Below, in pieces: positions 50,042 to 57,932 of a stretch of DNA of 64,000 nt. The position numbers and the translations under genes were made by a program. The stretch lies in assembly GCA_016787725.1 (NCBI GenBank), contig JAEUTZ010000005.1, positions 72,317-136,316 on the forward strand, in the 5' to 3' direction. The DNA is from Cyclobacteriaceae bacterium (GTDB taxonomy: Bacteria > Bacteroidota > Bacteroidia > Cytophagales > Cyclobacteriaceae). Under the pieces are notes generated by a model that saw nothing but the letters and a program-made list of their open reading frames with translations, ran no database searches and was not told where the DNA came from. The number at the start of each line of letters is the position of its first letter. Positions within the stretch are counted from its first letter, which is position 1.

Positions 50042-51489
50042 AAGTATGCGTTCTGCAACCTGACTATAGTACTACCGATGTAGACTATAAGCAGTACGAC
50101 CCTCCCCGCAACATTGCCCCCTTGTTGCCAAACGATCAGGTAGACCATGTGTTTCTGAACAAGCTTACTACCTATAAGCAACTGCTGGATTTGCGCAAAT
50201 CAAAGTACGACATCTTTGTTAACCTGTGCGAAGGGTATCTGGATTGGTCGGTTCCCTCCATTGATGTTATCCATTCGTTGGAAACATTGAACCTTCCCTT
50301 TACCGGTCCCAATGCGGTCTTGTACGATCCCCCAAAGCCGCTGATGAAATATGTGGCTTTCTGTGCCGGAGTAAAGACACCCAACTTTGTGGAAGTAACG
50401 AGTACCGTTGACCTGTTCAAAAAAATAAGTCACTTAACATTTCCCCTGTTCGTAAAACCTGCGAAGGCGGGGGATAGCCTGGGGGTGGATGAGGAGTCTC
50501 TGGCGAAAGACCTACCGCACTTACAACACAAAGTGGCGGCCCTGATTGCCGAAGGATACGAAGACGTACTGATTGAAGAATACATTGCCGGGCAAGAGTT
50601 TACGGTGTTGGTGGCTGCCAACATTGCACCACAGCGAGGATGTCTCGTGTTTAAGCCTGTGGAATACCAATTCCCGAACGGGTATGCCTTCAAGACGTAT
50701 GCCTTGAAAACCTCCGAGTTGCATACCGATGTAAACAAACCTTGTCAGGATGCGACCCTGGAAACCAAACTGAAATCGGCTGCTGAAAAAATCTTCTCGG
50801 GGTTTTATGGAGTAGGGTATGCCCGGCTCGATTTTCGGGTGAACAGTCAGCAGGAAATTTATTTTTTAGAAATCAATTTTACCTGTTCGGTTTTTTATGA
50901 AGATGGGTACGAAGGCTCAGCCGATTACATCCTGAAATATGATCCCATTGGTAAAGCCGGATTTCTGAAGCACATCATTGCCGAAGGGATTGCCCGGCAC
51001 GCAGCAAAACAAAAAAAATACCGCGTCAATGGTACCGCTATTAACGGCTATGGGATCGTTGCCCAGCGCTCATTAAAGAAAGGCGAAGTTATTTTTATGC
51101 TGGAAGAACTCGCCCAGCGCATTGTAACCAAGCGTCACGTTGAAACCCATTGGACCCCGGAACAACGGGAAGAATTCCGTCACTACGCTTATCCTATTTC
51201 GGAGGAAGTGTACATTCTATGGGATAACAAGCCACAGAACTGGGCCCCTCAAAACCACAGTTGCAATCCCAACACAACCTACAATGGCCTTAACCTGGTT
51301 GCCCTGCGGGATATTGCCCCTGAAGAAGAACTCACCCTCGATTATTCGGAGCTTCTGAATGAAACCATGCAGTCCTTCGTGTGCACCTGTGGCGCCCCAA
51401 ATTGCAGAAAGGTGATCTCCGGAAATCCCGGCAACTCCATCACACAACGGGAGAAATTTTCCCTGATGACCCCGAAAATCAAAGAGTAA
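50038..51489 (+). CDS. Ddl-like ATP-grasp enzyme fused to SET/post-SET methyltransferase domain
   Basis: KPAKAGDSLG, EEYIAGQEFT, YARLDFR, LEINFTC; then GYGIVA, NHSCNPN, ELTLDY and CTCGAPNC. Confidence 0.88.
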   Translation: MKVCVLQPDYSTTDVDYKQYDPPRNIAPLLPNDQVDHVFLNKLTTYKQLLDLRKSKYDIFVNLCEGYLDWSVPSIDVIHSLETLNLPFTGPNAVLYDPPKPLMKYVAFCAGVKTPNFVEVTSTVDLFKKISHLTFPLFVKPAKAGDSLGVDEESLAKDLPHLQHKVAALIAEGYEDVLIEEYIAGQEFTVLVAANIAPQRGCLVFKPVEYQFPNGYAFKTYALKTSELHTDVNKPCQDATLETKLKSAAEKIFSGFYGVGYARLDFRVNSQQEIYFLEINFTCSVFYEDGYEGSADYILKYDPIGKAGFLKHIIAEGIARHAAKQKKYRVNGTAINGYGIVAQRSLKKGEVIFMLEELAQRIVTKRHVETHWTPEQREEFRHYAYPISEEVYILWDNKPQNWAPQNHSCNPNTTYNGLNLVALRDIAPEEELTLDYSELLNETMQSFVCTCGAPNCRKVISGNPGNSITQREKFSLMTPKIKE

Positions 51490-51549
51490 GCGACATCTCT
51501 GCTGAATACTGTCATTGCGCTGATTTTTGTACCTTGAACTCCTTCAAGT

Positions 51550-51888
51550 ATGAGATACTGCCTTGGCTTTCTACTTGTATTCGGATTACTACCCCACCTC
51601 CGGGGTCAATCGTATGTCCCATTAAAAAGCGAAACCCGGATGATTCATCCGAAAGCAACTCTAAAAACATATGCCTTTTCATTAAGCGATGTATCCCTGC
51701 TGTCCGGACCCTTTCAAAATGCCTTGCAACGGGATGTGGCGTATATACTTCAATTGGATCCAGACCGTTTCCTTGGTCATTACCTATCCGCTTGTGCCAT
51801 GGATGATGCTGCTACTGGCGATCAACGCTTTAAAGAAAAGTGGTGCGAGGGGAATCGGAAAATGATTCACCGCAAAGGTGTACGGTAA
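51550..51888 (+). pseudogene. Internally deleted, truncated GH127/GH146 (DUF1680) glycoside hydrolase
   Basis: Signal peptide + LSDVSLLSGPFQNA..YILQLDPDRF joined directly to LGHYLSACAM..ATGD; stops at 112 aa. Confidence 0.7.
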
Positions 51889-51913
51889 TAACAATCCATA
51901 AAATACTTGACCT

Positions 51914-52831
51914 ATGAATCTAAGCCGAAGACAATTCATATCTTCCTCCGCACTTGCCGGCAGCGGTTTGATGTTGTCATCTTTGGAATCCTTTGCCAAT
52001 CCGGTAGGGCTTGTTAATCAGGCGGGCTATACACTCACGATCTTAGCCACCAATTGGGGCCTTTCCATTTCGTGGGATGAATTTTGTGCCAAAATAAAGA
52101 CAGCCGGATATGACGGTTGTGAAATCTGGTGGCCGGGAAAGGCTGAGGACAGAAAGTTACTTTTCGAAGCATTGAACAAACACCAGTTGAAAATCGGATT
52201 CCTGTACGGAAGTGGCGAGAAAGATTTTGCAAAACACGAAGCACAATTCAATCAGTTTGTAGCCGAAGCTGCTGCTACCAGACCGCTCTACATCAACTGC
52301 CATAGCGGCAAAGACTATTTTACTGTTGAGCAAAAAGAAAAACTGATCAAACAGTCTCTTGCGGTGGCGACACAAAGCGGCATTCCAGTGTATCACGAAA
52401 CGCACCGGGGCCGGGCATTATATTCAGCTCCCGTAACCGCAGAGTTGATGAAAAAGATTTCCGCGTTACGACTTACGCTCGACATCTCGCATTGGTGCAA
52501 CGTTCATGAGTCGTACTTAAGCGATCAGGAAGAAACTGTAGCACTGGCACTGACCCGAACAGATCACATTCATGCTCGCATAGGTCACCCGGAAGGGCCC
52601 CAGGTGAGTGACCCCCGGGCTCCTGAATGGGAACGTGCGGTAAAGACACATTTTACATGGTGGGATAAAGTTGTCGAAAACAAAAAGAAAGTGGGTCAGC
52701 CCATTACGTTTCTTACCGAATTTGGCCCACCGGATTATATGCCAACGTTACCGTATACAAGACAGGCTGTTTCCAATCAATGGGATATTAATGTGCATAT
52801 GAAGGATATTCTGCGCAGCCGGTATGCTTAA
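51914..52831 (+). CDS. Sugar phosphate isomerase/epimerase (xylose-isomerase-like TIM barrel), Tat signal
   Basis: SRRQFI twin-arginine signal; HETHR, DISHW, HIHARIG and TEFGP metal-site motifs. Confidence 0.8.
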   Translation: MNLSRRQFISSSALAGSGLMLSSLESFANPVGLVNQAGYTLTILATNWGLSISWDEFCAKIKTAGYDGCEIWWPGKAEDRKLLFEALNKHQLKIGFLYGSGEKDFAKHEAQFNQFVAEAAATRPLYINCHSGKDYFTVEQKEKLIKQSLAVATQSGIPVYHETHRGRALYSAPVTAELMKKISALRLTLDISHWCNVHESYLSDQEETVALALTRTDHIHARIGHPEGPQVSDPRAPEWERAVKTHFTWWDKVVENKKKVGQPITFLTEFGPPDYMPTLPYTRQAVSNQWDINVHMKDILRSRYA

Positions 52832-52884
52832 ACACGTATGCCATGATCAAAGGCTGGAGTCAATGCACTATCTTTAGTAGATAA

Positions 52885-53670
52885 ATGAGTGCTTTACAAA
52901 ATAAAAAACTGGTCATAATAGGAGGCACCACTGGCCTGGGCTTCTCAGCGGCCAAAGCGTTTATACGAGCCGGAGCGCACGTTGTGGTGGTAGGGAGAAA
53001 TGAAGAAAGTGCAACATCTGCAGCGGTTCTCCTAAAAGAACACGGGATTGTATTAACGGGAGATGCAATTTCGGAATCCACCGCACTCCACGCCATTGAT
53101 ACGTGTATTTCAAGCTGGGGGGGATTCGATGGTCTTTATCATGTTGCAGGCGGTAGCGGCCGTAAATTTGGCGATGGCCCCTTGCATGAATTAACCCTGG
53201 AAGGCTGGAAGAAAACGCTGGATCTGAATCTTACCTCGCTCATGCTTTCCAACCAGGCTGCTATACAAACCTTCCTGAAAAGGAAAACAGCCGGCACCAT
53301 TTTAAACATGGCTTCTGTGCTAGGCTATTCACCATCCCCTGGTCACTTTGTTACTCACGCCTATGCAGCTGCCAAAGCGGCCATCATCGGATTATCAAAA
53401 TCCACAGCCGCTTACTATGCCACTCAGAATATCCGCATCAATGTACTTGCTCCCGCGCTGGTGGAAACACCTATGGCGCAACGGGCCGTTCACGATGAAG
53501 CAATTCTGGCATTCATTAAAACCAAGCAGCCGCTGGATGGCGGGCGCATTGGCCGACCTGATGATCTGGATGGTGCTGCCGTTTATTTTATGTCCGATCA
53601 ATCCCGATTTACCACGGGCCAGGTACTGGCAGTCGATGGCGGCTGGGAAATAAGCGAAGGACAATATTGA
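52885..53670 (+). CDS. SDR-family oxidoreductase
   Basis: GGTTGLG cofactor loop; YAAAK; GQVLAVDGG. Confidence 0.9.
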   Translation: MSALQNKKLVIIGGTTGLGFSAAKAFIRAGAHVVVVGRNEESATSAAVLLKEHGIVLTGDAISESTALHAIDTCISSWGGFDGLYHVAGGSGRKFGDGPLHELTLEGWKKTLDLNLTSLMLSNQAAIQTFLKRKTAGTILNMASVLGYSPSPGHFVTHAYAAAKAAIIGLSKSTAAYYATQNIRINVLAPALVETPMAQRAVHDEAILAFIKTKQPLDGGRIGRPDDLDGAAVYFMSDQSRFTTGQVLAVDGGWEISEGQY

Positions 53671-53672
53671 GT

Positions 53673-54575
53673 ATGGAACATTCCTCCATCGGCATCGATT
53701 TGGGTTGTACACACATCAAAGCGATTTTGGTGACCGCTGATGGAACCCTTTTGAAAGAAATACGGCAGGATACCGAAGAACAAAATGACCAGCATTGGAA
53801 GAATGCAATCCGGCAAATCGTACAACAATTAAAAAAGGAATCTAACAAACCGGTTCAGGCCATTGGGCTTTCAGCGCCTGGTCTTGCCAATTCCACAAAT
53901 ACCTGCATTGAGTTTATGCCCGGCCGGTTACCCGGATTAGAAAATTTCAATTGGTCCGATTTTACGGGCGAACGGATTGATGTGCTCAATGACGCCCACG
54001 CAGCGCTAATGGCAGAACTGCAATTTGGTGCCGCTAAAAACTGCAAACATGTTGTCATGCTAACGTTAGGAACGGGGGTGGGTGGCGCTATTTCAATTGA
54101 TGGAAAATTATATCAAGGCGTTTCGCAAATGGCCGGACACCTGGGCCACATTACGGTAGATGCTTTATCATCATCCAAGGATGTTACCAACATGCCCGGT
54201 AGTCTGGAAGATGCCATTGGCAATTTAACCATACAACAGCGTACCCAAGGAAAATTTAAAACAACATGGGAGCTGGTAAAAGCCTATGAAGCAAAAGATC
54301 CATTCGCAACCCAGGTATGGCTTACCTCCTTGCGACAGCTGGCTGTTGCCATGGCATCCTTGATTAATGTTTTATCACCCGAATTAATTATTGTAGGTGG
54401 TGGCATTTCGAAAGCAGAAGCATTATTGATTACCCCCCTGCAACAGTACCTTTCAGAATTTGAATGGCGACCGGGAGGCAAACAGACTCCCATAAAATTA
54501 GCCCGCTTCTCCGATCTGGCTGGGGCCCTTGGAGCCGCTGGGTTTGCCCTTTCCAAAATCAATCAAAGACTATGA
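53673..54575 (+). CDS. ROK-family sugar kinase
   Basis: GIDLGCT, NDAHAA, TLGTGVGG, GHLGH and IVGGG motifs. Confidence 0.88.
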   Translation: MEHSSIGIDLGCTHIKAILVTADGTLLKEIRQDTEEQNDQHWKNAIRQIVQQLKKESNKPVQAIGLSAPGLANSTNTCIEFMPGRLPGLENFNWSDFTGERIDVLNDAHAALMAELQFGAAKNCKHVVMLTLGTGVGGAISIDGKLYQGVSQMAGHLGHITVDALSSSKDVTNMPGSLEDAIGNLTIQQRTQGKFKTTWELVKAYEAKDPFATQVWLTSLRQLAVAMASLINVLSPELIIVGGGISKAEALLITPLQQYLSEFEWRPGGKQTPIKLARFSDLAGALGAAGFALSKINQRL

Positions 54576-55360
54576 GTGTAATACAAGAGTATATTTCGCT
54601 TAGCAAAAAAATTGCAGATACCATAACGGCACAGGAATCGAGTATAAAACAAGCTGCCGATTGGTTTACAAAATCCATCCAGTCGGGTCGGATGGTTCAC
54701 GTTTTTGGATCCGGCCACAGCCGCATCCTGGTAGAAGAAATGTGGCCCCGGTATGGTTCATTTCCCGGATTTAATCCCATTGTTGAGCTATCGTTGACCT
54801 TTCATAATTTGGTGGTAGGCGCAAACGGGCAGCGACAAGCCATGTTTCTTGAAAATGTTTCGGGGCTTGCCGAGCGGATTCTCCGGAATTTTGATGTAAG
54901 CGAGCAGGATACGGCACTCATTATCTCTTCCAGCGGAACGAATGTAGTTCCTGTAGAGATGGCCGAAGAGTTTCGGAAGAAAAAAATCAAGGTGGTTTCC
55001 ATTCTCACCAGCAAGCATTCGGAAAAAAGTGAAAGCAAGCGAAGTGATGGGAAGAAACTGCGCGATTTCTCAGACCTCGTTCTGGACACAGGCGCCCCTG
55101 CAGGCGATTCGATGATCTACATCCAAGGGCTGGAAACCCCAGTGGCTCCGGGATCAACCCTTGGCGGAGTTATGCTGATCAATTGCCTGAAAGCAGAGGT
55201 GGCCCGTTTATTAACGGAAGCCGGTCATCCCCCCATTGTACTCACGGCTGCCAATGTTGTTGGAAAAGACAAAGCTACTGCGCTATTTGAACGTGCTTAC
55301 GATGACCATGCACATCGGTTGGCGCGCTTATATGAACATGTTGGTGAATCAAAAAAATAA
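54572..55360 (+). CDS. SIS-domain sugar-phosphate isomerase/dehydratase (UPF0309-like)
   Basis: VFGSGHS, ISSSGTNVVPVEMA and DTGAPAGD motifs; ATGA overlap with the ROK gene. Confidence 0.8.
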   Translation: MSVIQEYISLSKKIADTITAQESSIKQAADWFTKSIQSGRMVHVFGSGHSRILVEEMWPRYGSFPGFNPIVELSLTFHNLVVGANGQRQAMFLENVSGLAERILRNFDVSEQDTALIISSSGTNVVPVEMAEEFRKKKIKVVSILTSKHSEKSESKRSDGKKLRDFSDLVLDTGAPAGDSMIYIQGLETPVAPGSTLGGVMLINCLKAEVARLLTEAGHPPIVLTAANVVGKDKATALFERAYDDHAHRLARLYEHVGESKK

Positions 55361-55362
55361 TT

Positions 55363-56391
55363 ATGCAACCCATTCCCATCCGCACCACCGTTATTGGCAG
55401 CTACCCGTTTCCGGGATGGCTGGAATTTTCTGTTCGACATCTGAATGAATTTGGCAATGCCGACCGGGAAGAATTAATTGAAGATGCGGTCATCGCGGCC
55501 ATTCACGACCAGGTAACGGCCGGGTTGGATGTGATCACCGATGGCGAACAGACCCGGCTCGATTTTAATCTCTCCTTTTACGGATACCTAACGGGCATCA
55601 AAGAAAATACCGATGAACTTCGCAAATTCGGTCCGCCCGCACACGATCAAAGAGGAAAGAATTCCATTGTGGATACCCTCACGGCTCCGAACGGACTAGG
55701 TGCCGTAAAAGAATTTCTGAGATTAAAAAAGCTTGCGCCTGCCGGGCCGGTTTTAAAGACCAGCATACCCGGGCCCTATACATTGAGCGGGAGACTGCTT
55801 CCCAATGAAAAGTATAAAGATCGGTACGCGATCACCGAAGCGTTGCTTCCCATTATCAAAAAAGAACTTGAAGATTTAGTGGCTGCGGGCTGCACCGAAA
55901 TTACAGTGGATGAACCCTCCATGAGTTGCTATGCCTACAAGGAAGACACAAAACGGTTTGTCGACATCTTTAACCGGACGGTGGCAGGCATAGCAGGCAA
56001 GTGTCGTCTCTCTACACACTTGTGCTTCGGTAATTTTAAGGGCCGGCCGGTTGGGTTTCGGAGTCTCGCCCCCATGCTGCCAGACTTTCTGAATCTAAAG
56101 GTGAATGAAGTCCACATTGAAATGGCCAATCGCGAGTTTGCGGAAGTAGAGTTGTTGAGCACGTTTGCCGATAAGATGGATGTTGCCGTAGGCATTATTG
56201 ATGTAAAAAATTACTACATCGAAACCGAAGCGGATGTGGTGAATCGGATTGAGAAATGCCTGAAGTATGTACCGGCTGAAAAACTGGCCGTGGCTCCCGA
56301 TTGCGGGTTAAGTCAAACAGCACGGTGGGCTTCGCGGCAAAAATTGATTAATATGGTGAAGGGTGCGAAGTTGGTAAGGGCTGGTCTTTAA
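55363..56391 (+). CDS. Single-barrel cobalamin-independent methionine synthase-like (MetE C-terminal/CIMS) Zn enzyme
   Basis: TTVIGSYP, QVTAGLDVITDGEQ, PGPYT, QIDEP-equivalent TVDEP, HLCFGN, E and PDCG Zn ligands; 342 aa. Confidence 0.85.
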   Translation: MQPIPIRTTVIGSYPFPGWLEFSVRHLNEFGNADREELIEDAVIAAIHDQVTAGLDVITDGEQTRLDFNLSFYGYLTGIKENTDELRKFGPPAHDQRGKNSIVDTLTAPNGLGAVKEFLRLKKLAPAGPVLKTSIPGPYTLSGRLLPNEKYKDRYAITEALLPIIKKELEDLVAAGCTEITVDEPSMSCYAYKEDTKRFVDIFNRTVAGIAGKCRLSTHLCFGNFKGRPVGFRSLAPMLPDFLNLKVNEVHIEMANREFAEVELLSTFADKMDVAVGIIDVKNYYIETEADVVNRIEKCLKYVPAEKLAVAPDCGLSQTARWASRQKLINMVKGAKLVRAGL

Positions 56392-56394
56392 TAA

Positions 56395-56459
56395 TTAACC
56401 GCAGAGACGCTAAGGCGCAAAGTTTGTTTATCCAGAATTACGGGCGTCTTCGCAGTTAA
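56395..56459. repeat. Degenerate REP-like palindrome within the operon
   Basis: TTAACCGCAGAGACGC (56395-56410) versus GCGTCTTCGCAGTTAA (56444-56459). Confidence 0.5.
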
Positions 56460-56476
56460 AAATCTTTGTTGTAATC

Positions 56477-57322
56477 ATGATCAAACCTATCCGACAAGGT
56501 AAATCGCTAGCTCAAGAAATCCGAGAAGCTAAAGCAAATGGCCACGCGCAGTCGTTTGACATCTGGTGGTTGGGGCAAAGCGGCTTTTTGATTCAATGGA
56601 ATAAACATTGTCTGTTGTTCGACCCCTATTTATCGGATTCCTTAACCCGAAAGTATGCCGGCACAAATAAGCCACACGAGCGAATGAGTGAGCTCGTCAT
56701 CCAGCCGGAACTGCTGGATTGCATCGATGTTGTAACCTCCAGCCACAATCATACAGATCATCTGGATGCTGAAACATTATTGCCGTTGTTTCAGGTCAAT
56801 CCAAAAATTCAATTTGTAATTCCTGAAGCCAACCGCAGTTTTGTGGTGGATCGCTTAACGTGTGATGTGAACTTTCCTACAGGCTTGAATGATGGTGACA
56901 CGAAAGTGGTAAACGATTTTACTTTTCATGGTGTACCGGCCGCGCACAATGCTATTGAACGCGATGAACAAGGGCGCTGCAAGTTCCTGGGCTTTGTGGT
57001 GAAATTCGGAAACTTTATAGTTTACCACAGTGGCGATACCTTGTGGTACGAAGATATGGTTAAGACGCTGAAACCATTTAAGGTAGATGTCGCCTTTCTA
57101 CCAATTAATGGAAATGATCCGGCTCGGGGCGTAGCCGGAAATCTAAATTGCAAAGAAGCTGCCTTGCTCGGAAAAGAAATTGGAGCCCGCCTTGTGATTC
57201 CACATCATTACGACCTTTTTTTGTTCAATACAGCTGACGTGGACGAGTTTGAAAAACAAGCTAATCAATTCAACCAATCGTACCGAATATTAAAACTGGG
57301 TGAGCGGACAACCATAACGTAA
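56477..57322 (+). CDS. Metallo-beta-lactamase-fold hydrolase, UlaG-like
   Basis: WWLGQSGF, FDPYLS, SHNHTDHLD, HSGDT, LPING and PHHYD motifs. Confidence 0.85.
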   Translation: MIKPIRQGKSLAQEIREAKANGHAQSFDIWWLGQSGFLIQWNKHCLLFDPYLSDSLTRKYAGTNKPHERMSELVIQPELLDCIDVVTSSHNHTDHLDAETLLPLFQVNPKIQFVIPEANRSFVVDRLTCDVNFPTGLNDGDTKVVNDFTFHGVPAAHNAIERDEQGRCKFLGFVVKFGNFIVYHSGDTLWYEDMVKTLKPFKVDVAFLPINGNDPARGVAGNLNCKEAALLGKEIGARLVIPHHYDLFLFNTADVDEFEKQANQFNQSYRILKLGERTTIT

Positions 57323-57334
57323 TTGACTTCAATT

Positions 57335-57430
57335 ATGTGGAAGAAGTTTATTCCGTTTATTGGCGTACTGATTTTAGCATGCACCAATACATCAAATCAG
57401 GAATATTTTGAAACGCTTACGGATGCGTAA
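57335..57430 (+). CDS. 31-aa mini-lipoprotein or 5' stump of a deleted lipoprotein gene
   Basis: MWKKFIPFIGVLILAC-TNTSNQEYFETLTDA*; below the ORF-track cutoff; classic signal II and lipobox. Confidence 0.45.
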   Translation: MWKKFIPFIGVLILACTNTSNQEYFETLTDA

Positions 57431-57442
57431 CCATAGAAAAAC

Positions 57443-57892
57443 TTAAAACCTCCAGTTCATCTGCAATCCAAGTGAATTACCACTTGGCTGAAAAATAAGG
57501 GTGTTATATCGATCAACAGCCTTACCCAATTTCACATGGCTCATGGCCGTTATTCCCAATTGAGCTGCAATGGTGCCTCCAAACACCAGCCAAAAGGCAG
57601 TAGGATCCACGTATCCGGTGGAGGGTATCGTGAATAAGTAAATCACCGGTACAATGGCAACCGCGCTCGCCACTCCCCGCAGCGTCTTTGATGCCTGATA
57701 GTAGCGGTATACTTCATCGTCATTGAGCGCCATTAAAGGAACCTCCAACGCAACTGGAGAAGCCACTCTTTTCAAATCATAGTAGTACCGCCAACCCTGC
57801 TTGGCGATGGGTTTTAGTTCAACGGTTTTATAGCGTTGAGCAAAAAGGACCGCAGGAACCAGGAATATGAAAACAAGAAGACATCGTTTCAT
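57443..57892 (-). CDS. Exported/membrane hypothetical protein
   Basis: Signal peptide MKRCLLVFIFLVPAVLFA; two hydrophobic helices; C-terminal GLQMNWRF strand. Confidence 0.65.
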   Translation of the reverse strand: MKRCLLVFIFLVPAVLFAQRYKTVELKPIAKQGWRYYYDLKRVASPVALEVPLMALNDDEVYRYYQASKTLRGVASAVAIVPVIYLFTIPSTGYVDPTAFWLVFGGTIAAQLGITAMSHVKLGKAVDRYNTLIFQPSGNSLGLQMNWRF

Positions 57893-57932
57893 AAACGAGG
57901 GCATTAACATTAACTAAAATAAACAATGCGAA

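Noticed and set aside
48947-51489. Calling the ligases ddl or VanA/VanB-type resistance genes
   Set aside because: D-Ala-site motifs (GGxSxE, LHG) are missing and no vanH, vanX, vanR or vanS context is present.
55363-56391. Assigning gene symbol metE
   Set aside because: Half-length (no N-terminal folate-binding barrel) and embedded in a sugar operon; function uncertain.
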